Shown: positions 22,985 to 33,442, counted from the first letter of the stretch. The stretch is DNA of 48,101 nt from Candidatus Eiseniibacteriota bacterium (GCA_031364845.1 JANLWX010000008.1:1-48101); one strand, 5' to 3'. Notes: generated by a model from the sequence alone, not told the origin. A program made the numbers and translations.

Positions 22985-23428
22985 ATGCAGGGCAAGCGAT
23001 ACATTCTGGTGGCACTGTTGGGAATGGCAATCATGGCGACGGGCTGCAAGAGCGAAGCCCCCGTCGCGCGTCACGAACCGCTGAAGATCGAAGAGACGAG
23101 TGAGAAGGGCATCATGAAGCTGACGCTGGAGGCCAGGGCTGCCGAGCGCCTCGGCATCGAAACCGCGCGCGTCAGCGAAGAAGCGGTGGCCGGCAAGGCC
23201 GGCGTGCACAAGGTGATCCCGTACGGTGCCTTGATGTACGACACCAAGGGCGAGGCGTGGACGTTCACGAGCCCCGCACCGCTGGTCTTCATCCGTGAGC
23301 ACATCGTCGTCGATGACATCGAAGGAGATCGGGTGATCCTGGCGGAAGGTCCGTCCCCCGGAACGATCGTCGTGACCGTCGGAGCCCCTGAGCTGATGGG
23401 CGCCGAACACAAGTACGGCGGACACTGA
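22985..23428 (+). CDS. Small lipoprotein resembling only the membrane-proximal domain of an RND adaptor (MFP)
   Basis: Lipobox ATGC; AERLGIETARV joined directly to VIPYGAL...GDRVILAEGPSPGTIVVTVGA; GAGGAGG RBS. Confidence 0.75.
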   Translation: MQGKRYILVALLGMAIMATGCKSEAPVARHEPLKIEETSEKGIMKLTLEARAAERLGIETARVSEEAVAGKAGVHKVIPYGALMYDTKGEAWTFTSPAPLVFIREHIVVDDIEGDRVILAEGPSPGTIVVTVGAPELMGAEHKYGGH

Positions 23429-23454
23429 AAAGTCGTCCCAGGAGGTCTCCTTCC

Positions 23455-26400
23455 ATGTTCCGCTGGATCGTAGGTTCGAGTCTCAAATATCGCTTCATCG
23501 TGCTCGCGCTCGCGGCCGCGCTGATTCTCGTCGGCGTGGACCAGATGCGTGACATGCGCGTGGACGTCTTCCCCGAGTTCGCGCCGCCGATCGTTGAAAT
23601 CCAGACGCCGTGTCTCGGTCTGTCACCGACCGAGGTCGAGGCGCTGGTCACGATTCCGCTCGAGCAGGCGCTGGCCGGCCTGCCCGAGCTCGACATTCTG
23701 CGATCGAAGTCGGTCACGGACCTGTCGTCGGTCAAGATGATCTTCAAACGTGGCGCCGATCCGATGCTGGCCCGGCAGCGCGTTCAGGAAGGCCTCGCCC
23801 TGGTGATCGGTGTGATCCCCAAGGACGTCGGCCCGCCGGTCATGCTGCAGCCGCTGTCGGCGACCGCGCGGTTCATGAAGATCGGTCTGTCGTCCAAGAA
23901 ACTGTCCGTGGTCGATCAATCCATGATGGCGTATTGGACGATCCGGCCGCGGTTGCTGTCGGTCCCCGGCGTGGCGAACGTCGCGATCTGGGGCGAACGC
24001 ATCCAGATGCTGCAGGTGCAGGTCGAACCGGCCCGGATGCGGGAGAACGGCGTTTCGCTCGAGCAGGTCATGGACGCGACCTCCGACGCCCTCGAAGCGG
24101 GCCTGATGTCGCACTCTGACGGCGCCATGATCGGCACCGGCGGTGTCATCGACTCGCCGAATCAGCGTATGGGTGTGCGTCACGTGCTGCCGATCGTCGA
24201 TCCTGCCGGCCTCGGTGAAGTTTCCCTCGGCAGGCACAACGGCAAGGACCTCGCCATCAAGGATGTCGCTCAGATGGTGTGGGGCCACCAGCCGCTGGTC
24301 GGCGACGCGGTCATCAACGGCGGGCCCGGACTGCTGCTCATCATCGAGAAGTTCCCGAGGGCGAACACGCTGCAGGTGACCAAGGGCGTTGACGAAGCTC
24401 TGGAAGCACTGAAGCCCGGGCTTCCGGGCCTCGACATCGACGCGACCATCTTCCGTCCGGCGAGTTTCGTCGAGTTGTCGATCGAGCATCTCGGCCGGTC
24501 ACTGCTGCTCGGCTGTCTGTTCGTCGTCGTGATCCTCGCACTGTTCCTCTTCCAGTGGCGTGTCGCCCTGATCACGTGCGTGGCGATTCCGCTCTCGCTC
24601 ATGGCGGGGATGCTGGTCCTCTATTTCCGGGGCACCACCATCAACACCATGATCCTCGCGGGATTCGTCATCGCGCTCGGATCGCTGGTGGATGACGCGA
24701 TCGTCGACATCGAAAACGTCGTCCGGCGATTGCGACAGCACCGCAAGGAAGGCAGCGGCAAGTCGACGGCCCGGGTGATCCTCGAGGCCTCGCTCGAAGT
24801 GCGCCATGCCATCGTCCACGCGACCATGATCGAAGTGCTGGCGCTGCTGCCGGTGTTCTTCCTCGGTGGACTGTCGGGGGCGTTCTTCCAGCCGCTCGCC
24901 GTCTCCTATTCGCTCTCGCTGCTCGCATCGATGGTGGTGGCGCTGACCGTCACCCCGGCGCTCGGGCTGCTGCTGTTGCGCAATGCTCCGCTGGATCGTG
25001 AGTCGCCGTTCGTGAAGTGGCTGCAGGCCGCCTATTCCCGGGCACTCACCTCGGTCGTCCGCAGCCCGCGGGCGGCCTACGGTGTGGTCGCGATCCTCTC
25101 GATCGCCGGTGTGCTGATCTACCCGCGTCTCGGACAGTCGCTGCTTCCCGACTTCAAGGAGCGCGACTTCCTGATGCACTGGCTCACCGAGCCCGGCACG
25201 TCGGTCACCGAAGAAGTCCGCATCACGGCCGCCGCGAACGAGGAGCTCAGCAAGATCCCCGGCGTTCGCAACTTCGGATCGCACATCGGCCAGGCGCTCA
25301 TCATGGACGAAGTGTACGGCGTCTACTTCGGTGAAAACTGGATCAGCGTCGATCCGAAGGTCGACTACGACAAGACGCTCGCCGCGATTCAGTCGGCGGT
25401 CGACGGGTATCCCGGCCTGGTCCGCGACGTGCAGACCTACCTCAAGGAACGTATCCGCGAGGTGCTGACCGGTTCACCCACCGCGATCACGGTGCGCATC
25501 TTCGGAGAAGATCTGAAGACGCTGCGTGACAAGGCGGACGAGGTGAAGCACGCGTTCGAGGGCATTCCGGGAGTCGTCGACCTCAAGGTCGAGTCTCAGA
25601 AGGAAATCGCCCAGATCGACGTGAAGGTGGACCTGGAAGCAGCCGATCGCTACGGCGTCAAGCCCGGCGACGTGCGTCGCTCCGCGGCCGCCATGGTGTC
25701 CGGCACCGAAGTCGGTGACGTGTTCCGCGACGGCAAGGCCTACGACGTGAACGTGTGGAGCACGCCCGAGAGTCGCAACAGCGTCAACGCCATCAAGAAC
25801 CTGCTCATCGACACGGACAAAGGCCAGGTGCCTCTGCACATGCTCGCCGACGTCGGCGTCCACCCGGCACCGAACGCGGTCGAGCGCTGGCAGATGAAGC
25901 GCAAGATCGACGTTCGCGCCAACGTCCGGGGCCGTGATCTCGGTTCGGTGGTCGGAGACGTCAAGCACAAGCTCGGCCAGGTTTCGTTCCCCGAGGGATA
26001 CCATCCCGAGCTGCTTGGGGAGTTCGCGGAGCGCGAGGCGGCGGAAAAACGGATGCGATCACTGATGCTGGTTTCCGCAATCGGAATTTTCCTGATCCTC
26101 CAGACCGCGTTCGGTGACTGGCGCCTGGCCATCGTCGGATTCCTCACGCTGCCCGCGGCACTGGTCGGCGGAGTTCTGGCGGCGTATCTCGGCGACGGCG
26201 TCATCTCGCTGGGCTCGATCGTCGGGTTCCTCACGGTGCTCGGCATCGTCGCTCGAAACGGAATCATGCTGATCTGCCACTATCAGCATCTGGAACGCGA
26301 GGAAGGGGTGCCGTTCGGCCTCGAGCTCGTGATCCGCGGGGCGCGCGAGCGCATCTCGCCGATTCTGATGACGGCGGCGGCGACCGGACTGGCGTTGGTG

Positions 26401-26571
26401 CCGCTGCTGATCGCGGGCACGATTCCCGGCCACGAAATCGAGCACCCGATGGCGGTCGTGATTCTCGGCGGACTCATCACCTCGACCACCCTCAACCTGT
26501 TCGTCATGCCGGCGCTCTACCTGCGCTTCGGACGCTCGCAAGTGCGTCCCGCGCCTGCACACACGGCGTGA
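23455..26571 (+). CDS. RND transporter permease subunit B (CusA/CzcA/AcrB superfamily)
   Basis: 1038 aa; VDVFPEF, GSLVDDAIVDIEN, GIVARNGIML, RERISPILMT, PMAVVILGGL. Confidence 0.94.
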   Translation: MFRWIVGSSLKYRFIVLALAAALILVGVDQMRDMRVDVFPEFAPPIVEIQTPCLGLSPTEVEALVTIPLEQALAGLPELDILRSKSVTDLSSVKMIFKRGADPMLARQRVQEGLALVIGVIPKDVGPPVMLQPLSATARFMKIGLSSKKLSVVDQSMMAYWTIRPRLLSVPGVANVAIWGERIQMLQVQVEPARMRENGVSLEQVMDATSDALEAGLMSHSDGAMIGTGGVIDSPNQRMGVRHVLPIVDPAGLGEVSLGRHNGKDLAIKDVAQMVWGHQPLVGDAVINGGPGLLLIIEKFPRANTLQVTKGVDEALEALKPGLPGLDIDATIFRPASFVELSIEHLGRSLLLGCLFVVVILALFLFQWRVALITCVAIPLSLMAGMLVLYFRGTTINTMILAGFVIALGSLVDDAIVDIENVVRRLRQHRKEGSGKSTARVILEASLEVRHAIVHATMIEVLALLPVFFLGGLSGAFFQPLAVSYSLSLLASMVVALTVTPALGLLLLRNAPLDRESPFVKWLQAAYSRALTSVVRSPRAAYGVVAILSIAGVLIYPRLGQSLLPDFKERDFLMHWLTEPGTSVTEEVRITAAANEELSKIPGVRNFGSHIGQALIMDEVYGVYFGENWISVDPKVDYDKTLAAIQSAVDGYPGLVRDVQTYLKERIREVLTGSPTAITVRIFGEDLKTLRDKADEVKHAFEGIPGVVDLKVESQKEIAQIDVKVDLEAADRYGVKPGDVRRSAAAMVSGTEVGDVFRDGKAYDVNVWSTPESRNSVNAIKNLLIDTDKGQVPLHMLADVGVHPAPNAVERWQMKRKIDVRANVRGRDLGSVVGDVKHKLGQVSFPEGYHPELLGEFAEREAAEKRMRSLMLVSAIGIFLILQTAFGDWRLAIVGFLTLPAALVGGVLAAYLGDGVISLGSIVGFLTVLGIVARNGIMLICHYQHLEREEGVPFGLELVIRGARERISPILMTAAATGLALVPLLIAGTIPGHEIEHPMAVVILGGLITSTTLNLFVMPALYLRFGRSQVRPAPAHTA

Positions 26572-27470
26572 TCGTCGACGAACCGAAACATGCCGCGATG
26601 AATGCGGCGGCGGCGGGCCCCGGAGTTTCACACTCCGGGGCTCCGTCGGGATTGTCCGAGTCGGCGTCCGTCTCCCCGGCCCGCCATCGCGGGCTGCGGA
26701 TGATCGGACTGCTTGCCGCAACACTCCTGCTTCCTCTCACGGCCTCGGCGGACGCGCTGTCTCCGCGCGAACTTCCGCGCGCGATCGCACACGACTTCAA
26801 GAGTCTCGTCACCACCAGACAGAACCTCGCCTTCGCCCTGGCAGGCGCCGGGGCGGCCTGGGCGGGCTCCACCGCCGACGACCGCATCGTCGAGAGCCGT
26901 TTCAATTCGGAAGTTCGCGAAGAGACGACTCTCGACCATGTGTTCGAAGCCGGCGACCATCTCGGCGGAGTCACGCAGATCGCCGGGGCATGCGCGACGT
27001 ATGGATTGGGTCTGCTGTCGCACCAGCCCGAGGTGCAGGCGCTCGGATCCGATCTGGTGCGCGCGCAATTCGTCAACGGCGTCCTCACCGTCGGGCTCAA
27101 GAAAGCGGTGGGCCGCGAACGGCCCGACCATTCGAACCGCGCATCGTTTCCCTCCGGACACGCCTCGGGTACGTTCGCGACCGCGACCGTGCTCCATCGG
27201 CGGTACGGACCGCGCACCGGAATTCCCGCATTTCTCCTTGCCGGCTATGTGGCGGGTTCGAGACTGAACGAATCGCAGCATTTCCTGAGCGACGTGCTCG
27301 CGGGTGCGGCCCTCGGAATCATCGTCGGCCATACGATCACCCGGGATCACGAAGACGGGCGGCTCGGCATCTATCCCACGGTCTCGCCCCATGGGGCGGG
27401 TATTCGCTTCGTCTACAGGCCGATCGCCCGCGCGCCGAGTTCAGGCGCGCACGTCGCGATGCTCCGCTGA
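26568..27470 (+). CDS. PAP2-family phosphatase
   Basis: K.AVGRERP, SFPSGHAS, SRLNESQHFLSDV motifs; start uncertain. Confidence 0.88.
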   Translation: MIVDEPKHAAMNAAAAGPGVSHSGAPSGLSESASVSPARHRGLRMIGLLAATLLLPLTASADALSPRELPRAIAHDFKSLVTTRQNLAFALAGAGAAWAGSTADDRIVESRFNSEVREETTLDHVFEAGDHLGGVTQIAGACATYGLGLLSHQPEVQALGSDLVRAQFVNGVLTVGLKKAVGRERPDHSNRASFPSGHASGTFATATVLHRRYGPRTGIPAFLLAGYVAGSRLNESQHFLSDVLAGAALGIIVGHTITRDHEDGRLGIYPTVSPHGAGIRFVYRPIARAPSSGAHVAMLR

Positions 27471-27520
27471 GCGGAGCCGGCCCTCGAAGCGCGATCCACC
27501 TCTTTCCCTCGAGACCCCCC

Positions 27521-29812
27521 ATGAAGATCAAACGACTTGGCATCTGGTCCCTGCTGCTCACCGCCTTGATGATGCATCCGGGACCGATGTCCGCGCTCGC
27601 CGCGGATCCTCCCGCCGAAGAAGAAGGCGAAGAACCCGCGGCCCCGCGCCTGCGCGTGAAGGTGGGACAACTCACCCCGGCGATCCGCCTCGATGGAATC
27701 CTCGATGAAGCCGAGTGGCAGTCGGTGCCCGATTCGATCGACGGCCTCACCACGATCGAGCCTGAAGAAGGCGGCGTGCCGGTCGGTCGCACGGTGGTCA
27801 AGATCCTCGCCTCGTCGCGCGAACTCGTGATTGGCGTGCGGTGCTACGACCCGGATCCCGCGGGAATCGTTTCGTTCTCCAAGGCGAAGGACTCGGATCT
27901 CGCGCAGGAAGATCACATCGTCGTGGTCCTCGACACCTACCAGGACGACCGCTCGGGATTCGTGTTCGCGGTGAACCCCGCCGGCGCGCGCTTCGACGGC
28001 ATCGTCATCGAGCGCGGCGAGGACGTGAACAGCAACTGGGACGCGATCTGGGAAGCGCGCTCATCGCGCGACGAGAGCGGATGGTCGACCGAGATCCGCC
28101 TCCCGATCCAGAGCATGGGTTTCGAGGGCGGCCTCGACGCGTGGGGCTTCAACATCCAGCGCCGCGTGCAGCGGCTCCAGGAGACGAGCCGCTGGTCGAG
28201 CCCGAGTCTCGACCAGGAAGTCTATCAAACCAGCGGATCGGGCCTGCTGACCGAACTGCCGGAATTCGACCTCGGCATGGGCCTCAGCGTGCGTCCGGCC
28301 CTGGTCGGCGTCGCGACCAAGCCCGGCCGCGGTCTGGACGTCGATTACGACGGCGACGCGAGCCTCGATGTCACGAAGCGTATCGGGTCGAGCTTCCTGT
28401 CGTCGCTCACCGTCAACACCGACTTCGCCGAAACCGAAGTCGACGTGCGTCAGATCAACCTCACGCGCTTCGACGCCTTCTTCCCCGAAAAGCGAACGTT
28501 CTTCCTCGAGGGCGCGGACATCTTCGAGTTCGGCCTCGGGCTCGACGAGGAGTCGCTGCTGCCGTTCTTCACGCGGCGCATCGGTCTCGTGGGCCGCGCC
28601 GGGGACGATCAGACGCCGGTTCCGATCAACGCCGGCGTCAAGGTCAACGGCCGCACCGGGGACACGAGCCTCGGAGCGCTCGTGGTGGGCACGCGCAAGA
28701 GCGACAACCTCGTCGTGGGGGACGAGGGCCAGACCCTCGATGTTCCGCAGGCGACGCTCGGCGCATTCCGCCTCAAGCAGGACGTGTTCGAGGAATCCGC
28801 GTTCGGCATGCTGTTCACGTTCGGCGACCAACTCGGACGCGAGGGCAGCGTCACCGGCGGCATGGACCTCACGCTCCAGACCTCGAGCTTCATGGACGAG
28901 AAGAATCTGCTGTTCGGCGCGTGGGGACTGTTCAACGACCGCAAGGGCCTGACCGGCGACAAGCTCGCCTACGGATTCCAGGCGGCGTATCCCAACGACC
29001 TGCTCGATGTGTCGCTCACCTCGATGCACATCGGCGACGGCTTCGATCCCTCGCTCGGCTTCGTGCCCCGCAACGACGGCCACCTGTGGAAGTTCTCGAC
29101 CGAGTTCAACCCGCGTCCGCCCGCGCCGTGGGTGCACCAGATGTTTCACGAAGCGTCGGTGTCGCTGTTCAACGATCAGAAGAATGACCGCTGGCAGTCC
29201 TACGACTCGGTGCTGAAGCCGCTCGACTGGCTGCTCGCGACCGGCGACCGCTTCTACGTACAGAGCGAGTTCAACGGCGACCGCCCTCCCGCAGAATTCG
29301 AACTGGTCTCCGACGTGGACCTGCCCCGCGGATCGTACGAGTGGACCCGCTACGTCGGTGGCATTCGCACCGCGGACAAGCGCCGGATCTCGGCCGAAGC
29401 GATCTATGAAACCGGAAACTTCTACAACGGCGAACTCGAAACGGTGACCGGACGCGTCACCGTTCGCCCGTCGGCGCTGATCACGCTCGAGGCAACCGGC
29501 GAGAAGAGCACCGGACACATTCTCGGCCCCGAGGATGATGCGGACGGCTACATCCGTCGCAACGTCAAGGAAGAGCTGTACGGCTTCGAACTCCAGCTCA
29601 ACTTCTCCTCGGATCTGCAGTTCTCGAGCCTGACGCAGTACGACACCGGCAGCCGCGAAGCGGGCTCGAACAACCGCCTGCGCTGGACGTTCAGCCCGAA
29701 CGGCGACCTGTTCGTGGTCTACAACCACAACGCGCTGCGCACGCTCAACAATCGGTGGGAATTCGTCTCCAACCAGTTGCCGTTGAAGATCCAGTACGCG
29801 TGGCGGTTCTGA
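27521..29812 (+). CDS. Outer-membrane protein with CBM9-like N-terminal domain plus DUF5916-like beta-barrel
   Basis: Signal peptide; IRLDGILDEAEW; F.VNPAG; TVNTDFAETEVD..QINLTRF..FFPEKR.FFLEG; ends KIQYAWRF. Confidence 0.85.
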   Translation: MKIKRLGIWSLLLTALMMHPGPMSALAADPPAEEEGEEPAAPRLRVKVGQLTPAIRLDGILDEAEWQSVPDSIDGLTTIEPEEGGVPVGRTVVKILASSRELVIGVRCYDPDPAGIVSFSKAKDSDLAQEDHIVVVLDTYQDDRSGFVFAVNPAGARFDGIVIERGEDVNSNWDAIWEARSSRDESGWSTEIRLPIQSMGFEGGLDAWGFNIQRRVQRLQETSRWSSPSLDQEVYQTSGSGLLTELPEFDLGMGLSVRPALVGVATKPGRGLDVDYDGDASLDVTKRIGSSFLSSLTVNTDFAETEVDVRQINLTRFDAFFPEKRTFFLEGADIFEFGLGLDEESLLPFFTRRIGLVGRAGDDQTPVPINAGVKVNGRTGDTSLGALVVGTRKSDNLVVGDEGQTLDVPQATLGAFRLKQDVFEESAFGMLFTFGDQLGREGSVTGGMDLTLQTSSFMDEKNLLFGAWGLFNDRKGLTGDKLAYGFQAAYPNDLLDVSLTSMHIGDGFDPSLGFVPRNDGHLWKFSTEFNPRPPAPWVHQMFHEASVSLFNDQKNDRWQSYDSVLKPLDWLLATGDRFYVQSEFNGDRPPAEFELVSDVDLPRGSYEWTRYVGGIRTADKRRISAEAIYETGNFYNGELETVTGRVTVRPSALITLEATGEKSTGHILGPEDDADGYIRRNVKEELYGFELQLNFSSDLQFSSLTQYDTGSREAGSNNRLRWTFSPNGDLFVVYNHNALRTLNNRWEFVSNQLPLKIQYAWRF

Positions 29813-29890
29813 TGCCGCGACGTGGAGTCGGCCGCGCGACCAAGCGCGCGGTGGACTCTTGACCTCGAGAAGAAAGGGAAGGACCCACAC

Positions 29891-31030
29891 ATGCGTGCCC
29901 TCGGCCGAGCAGCAAAATCGTCGTCCCTCGTACGGAACGCCCTCGTCTTCGCCGCACTGATGGCGGTGGTCTGCGCACGTCCCGGCAGCGCCGTCACGGT
30001 CTTCGAAGAGGAAGGCTTCACGCTCGGGCTCGGCCTGCGGCTGCAGCCGAGGATGGAACTCGAGCGCGAAGCCGGCTCCGATGGCGCCGAATGGCGCCGG
30101 GACTTCCTGCTGCGCCGGGCGCGCCTGAATGCCTCGGGCAAGATCCAGAACGTCGGCTACAAGATGGAGTGGAAGATCGACGGTACCGATCAGGTGTCTT
30201 CTGGTTCGCAGACGGCGCTGGGTGCGCTGCCGAGCGCTCAACTCGAGAACGGCTATCTCCAGTATCCGCTCAGCAAGGCCGTCGAGGTGCGGGTCGGTCT
30301 CTACGACATCCCGTACTCGCGCGACCGGCTGACGTCGGACTCGCAGCAGCTCGCGGTGGACCGCGGATTGGTGTCCAACGTTCCGAACACGTTCGGACTC
30401 GTCGACAATGGCGTCGGCCTCCACGTGATCGGCAAGGCTGCGGGCGGACGGGCGGAATATGCGGTGGGACTGTTCGACAACCGGACGATTCCGACACGTC
30501 TCCAGGACGTGCCGATGCTGGTCGGCCGGCTCGATCTCAACTTCGGCTCCACCAAGGACATCTTCATGGACGCGCACTTCGGCGAGGAGAAGTGGTACTC
30601 GCTCGGTGTGAACGGCAGCTACCAGGGCAGCATCGAGTCCGACACGTCGAACGCCAACGAGGGCTCCTACACCGCGGTCGGCGCCGACGGCATGATGGAC
30701 GTGCCGATGGGATCGTCGCGCTTCTTCCTTCGCAGTGAGGTCAACTCGATCAGCATCACCCCGCCGATCGGCGGCGATGCGATCACGACCACGACGTGGA
30801 TGGCGGGAGTCGGCGTGCTCCTGTTGGAACAGCGCCTCCAGCCGATGCTGCGCTACGACCAGGTGCGCCGCGACGAGGCCGTCGGCGGCGGAACGCAGAA
30901 CGTCACGTACGTTGGAGGGACGTTCTTCCAGCGGAAGCACAATCTCAAGATCCAGGCCGACGTGCGGTTCGAATCGGGCACCACCGAATCGCTCGACGGA
31001 GGACGGCTTCAGGCGCAGGTGAACTACTAG
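29891..31030 (+). CDS. Porin (OprO/OprP-like beta-barrel)
   Basis: Signal peptide; FLLRRARL motif; amphipathic strands; ends RLQAQVNY. Confidence 0.78.
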   Translation: MRALGRAAKSSSLVRNALVFAALMAVVCARPGSAVTVFEEEGFTLGLGLRLQPRMELEREAGSDGAEWRRDFLLRRARLNASGKIQNVGYKMEWKIDGTDQVSSGSQTALGALPSAQLENGYLQYPLSKAVEVRVGLYDIPYSRDRLTSDSQQLAVDRGLVSNVPNTFGLVDNGVGLHVIGKAAGGRAEYAVGLFDNRTIPTRLQDVPMLVGRLDLNFGSTKDIFMDAHFGEEKWYSLGVNGSYQGSIESDTSNANEGSYTAVGADGMMDVPMGSSRFFLRSEVNSISITPPIGGDAITTTTWMAGVGVLLLEQRLQPMLRYDQVRRDEAVGGGTQNVTYVGGTFFQRKHNLKIQADVRFESGTTESLDGGRLQAQVNY

Positions 31031-31170
31031 CCGTCGAAACCCGCACCTCCCCGGCCATAGTGCCGGGGAGGACGCGGGCAGATTCAAGGCGTCGCGCGGG
31101 CGTCGCACGATGTCTACAGCCGTCATCGGGGGCGTGATTCGAACGCTCATCAAGACAGAGGAGTGCCGTC

Positions 31171-31602
31171 GTGATTCGACCCAGATTTTCGTGGATTCTC
31201 GTGGTGGGTGCATTGGTCGCGTTCGGATGCGGTGGAGAGACCGGCACCAACCCCCCGCCACCCGATGGGGGTCCCGACCCGGTGGACAGCACGATCTGCG
31301 CGGGACCGGTCGACATCACCGTGAGCTCCGGCACTTCGCCCACGTTCTCGTGGTCTCCGGACTGCAAGATCGGGCGCCTGATCGTCGAGGACGGCCTGCT
31401 CGAAACGTGGGGCACCGAGACGCTCGGCGAAAACATCTACGAGTCGCCGATCGAGTACGACGTTCCACCGCCGGGCGCGGTCGAGCCCGAACCCGCAGTC
31501 CCGTTGGTCGCGGGTCGCACGTACACCGTATCGCTCTACAGCTGGTTCAGTGTGTCGCCCGAGAGCCTCGTGTTCCTCGGCGAGAAAGACTTCACGCCCT
31601 GA
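31171..31602 (+). CDS. Hypothetical lipoprotein
   Basis: Lipobox AFGC, Pro-rich linker, GAGGAG RBS before GTG. Confidence 0.75.
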   Translation: MIRPRFSWILVVGALVAFGCGGETGTNPPPPDGGPDPVDSTICAGPVDITVSSGTSPTFSWSPDCKIGRLIVEDGLLETWGTETLGENIYESPIEYDVPPPGAVEPEPAVPLVAGRTYTVSLYSWFSVSPESLVFLGEKDFTP

Positions 31603-31666
31603 GACCCAACGCTTCAACCTTCGCGCACCGCTGCCCGTCATGCACTTCACAACGAGGATGACGCAC

Positions 31667-33349
31667 ATGCACATCGATCGAGGCCGCTCGTCGATTGGTA
31701 CCCTCTCACTTCAGGCCGTTCTCAGCCTGTGTCTATGGGGCGCGGCGGAAGCCGCTCCCGGAACCGTGCTGTCGAAGGTGAAGATCAGCGACACCCAGGG
31801 CGCATTCGCGCCGCCACTCGCCGACTTCGATGAGTTCGGGGGCGCGCTCGCCCATCTGGGTGATCTCGACGGCCCGGGCCCCGCGGTCGCGGCGCTGGCC
31901 GTGGGCTCGCCGAGTGCCGACGATGGCGGCAGCGGACGGGGTGCGGTGTATGTCGTGTTCCTCGATGCGTTGGGGGCCGTACTCAACACGCAGAAGATCA
32001 GCGACACGCAGGGAGCGTTCTCGGAACCGCTCGAGAACTACGACGAGTTCGGCGGCTCCGTGGCGAGCCTCGGCGACCTCGACGGCGCGGGTCCGCAGGC
32101 GGTGACGCTCGCCGTCGGCGCACCCGGCGACGACGATGGCGGACTGAACCGCGGGGCCGTGTATCTGCTGCACCTCGGCACGGCCGGCACCGTCCTCTCC
32201 TACCGGAAGATCAGCGCAACCCAGGGCGGCTTCGCGGACACACTCGGCAACGGCGATGAGTTCGGCGCCGCGGTCGCAGCCCTTGGAGACCTCGACGGAC
32301 CCGGGTCGGCGCACGCGGCGATCGCGGTCGGCGCGCCGCGTGACGACGACGGCGGCACCGATCGGGGCGCGGCGTTCGTGATCTTCTTGGATCAGGTGGG
32401 TTCGGTGCTCTCGCATCAGAAGATCAGCAGCCTCGCCGGCGGCTTTACCGGCGCCCTCGATGCGTTGGACGACTTCGGAGGCGCTTTGGCCTCGCTCGGA
32501 AATCTCGACGGAGCCGGACCCGCCGAACACGCGATCGCGGTCGGCGCGGTCGGGGACGACGACGGCGGATCGAGCCGCGGTGCTGTTTACGTGCTGTTCC
32601 TCAACTCGAGCGGAAGTGTGCTGTCGCATCAGAAGATCAGCGCGACCCAGGGCGGGCTCCTCGAGCCGCTCGCGGACAACGATGAGTTCGGCGGCTCGGT
32701 CGCGCGCGTCAGCGGCCTCGGTGCTCCCGCGACAACGCTCGCGGTGGGCGCGGTCGGCGATGATGACGGCGGAGCAGATCGCGGCGCGACCCACCTGCTG
32801 TTCCTGAACCCGAGCGGATCGGTGGCTTCGACGCAGACGATCAGCGCGGTGCGCGGAGACTTCGGCAGCCCGCTCGATGAATCCGACGAGTTCGGATGCG
32901 CGGTCGCGAGCGTCGGAAATCTGGACGGGCCCGGGCCCGGCGCGCAGACGCTGGTGGTGGGCGCCCAGGGAGACGATGACGGCGGCGTGGATCGCGGCGC
33001 GATCTACATCCTGACGCTAGACGGCCCTGGAACGACGGACGTTTCCGGGATTCCGTCACCCACGAACGGCCTCGCGCTGGGATTCGCGATGCCGAACCCG
33101 TTCGGGTCGCGCACCGAGATCGCCTACCGCATCGAACAGGGGGCGGACGTGCGCATCGATGTGTGGGATCTCGGCGGCCGCCGCGTGCGGAAGCTGGTCG
33201 ATGGGCGGATTGGAGCGGGCCAGCACCGGATCCACTGGGATGGGCGCGGGGACGACGGCGATGCGCTCGCGGCGGGAGCCTACTTCTACCGCATGAGCGT
33301 GAACGGAAAACCGGCGGAGATCACACGCAAGGTCGTGCTTCTGCCGTGA
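31667..33349 (+). CDS. Secreted FG-GAP (integrin-alpha-like) repeat protein with C-terminal FlgD-Ig/T9SS-like domain
   Basis: Six ~70-aa repeats KIS..QG....L...DEFG....LGDLDG.....LAVGA..DDDGG..RGAVY; tail PNPF...GRRVR.L...WDGR...G.YFYR. Confidence 0.88.
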   Translation: MHIDRGRSSIGTLSLQAVLSLCLWGAAEAAPGTVLSKVKISDTQGAFAPPLADFDEFGGALAHLGDLDGPGPAVAALAVGSPSADDGGSGRGAVYVVFLDALGAVLNTQKISDTQGAFSEPLENYDEFGGSVASLGDLDGAGPQAVTLAVGAPGDDDGGLNRGAVYLLHLGTAGTVLSYRKISATQGGFADTLGNGDEFGAAVAALGDLDGPGSAHAAIAVGAPRDDDGGTDRGAAFVIFLDQVGSVLSHQKISSLAGGFTGALDALDDFGGALASLGNLDGAGPAEHAIAVGAVGDDDGGSSRGAVYVLFLNSSGSVLSHQKISATQGGLLEPLADNDEFGGSVARVSGLGAPATTLAVGAVGDDDGGADRGATHLLFLNPSGSVASTQTISAVRGDFGSPLDESDEFGCAVASVGNLDGPGPGAQTLVVGAQGDDDGGVDRGAIYILTLDGPGTTDVSGIPSPTNGLALGFAMPNPFGSRTEIAYRIEQGADVRIDVWDLGGRRVRKLVDGRIGAGQHRIHWDGRGDDGDALAAGAYFYRMSVNGKPAEITRKVVLLP

Positions 33350-33442
33350 CAGCGGCCGATCGCGGCGCTGAACATGAAACACTCCTCGCCACCGCGACTT
33401 CCGGTGCGGCGGCGAGGAGCCGGTTCGAACGATCCGCGCGTG

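Noticed and set aside
28061..31261. 1066-aa minus-strand ORF, and similar long ORFs at 19855..22698, 10139..12277, 34126..36522 and 41544..43547
   Set aside because: Antisense shadows of well-supported genes, expected from GC-rich codon bias; no recognisable motifs
31780..33020. Regular ~210-bp DNA repeats as a CRISPR array or repeat element
   Set aside because: They are degenerate in-frame FG-GAP protein repeats, with no identical repeats separated by unique spacers
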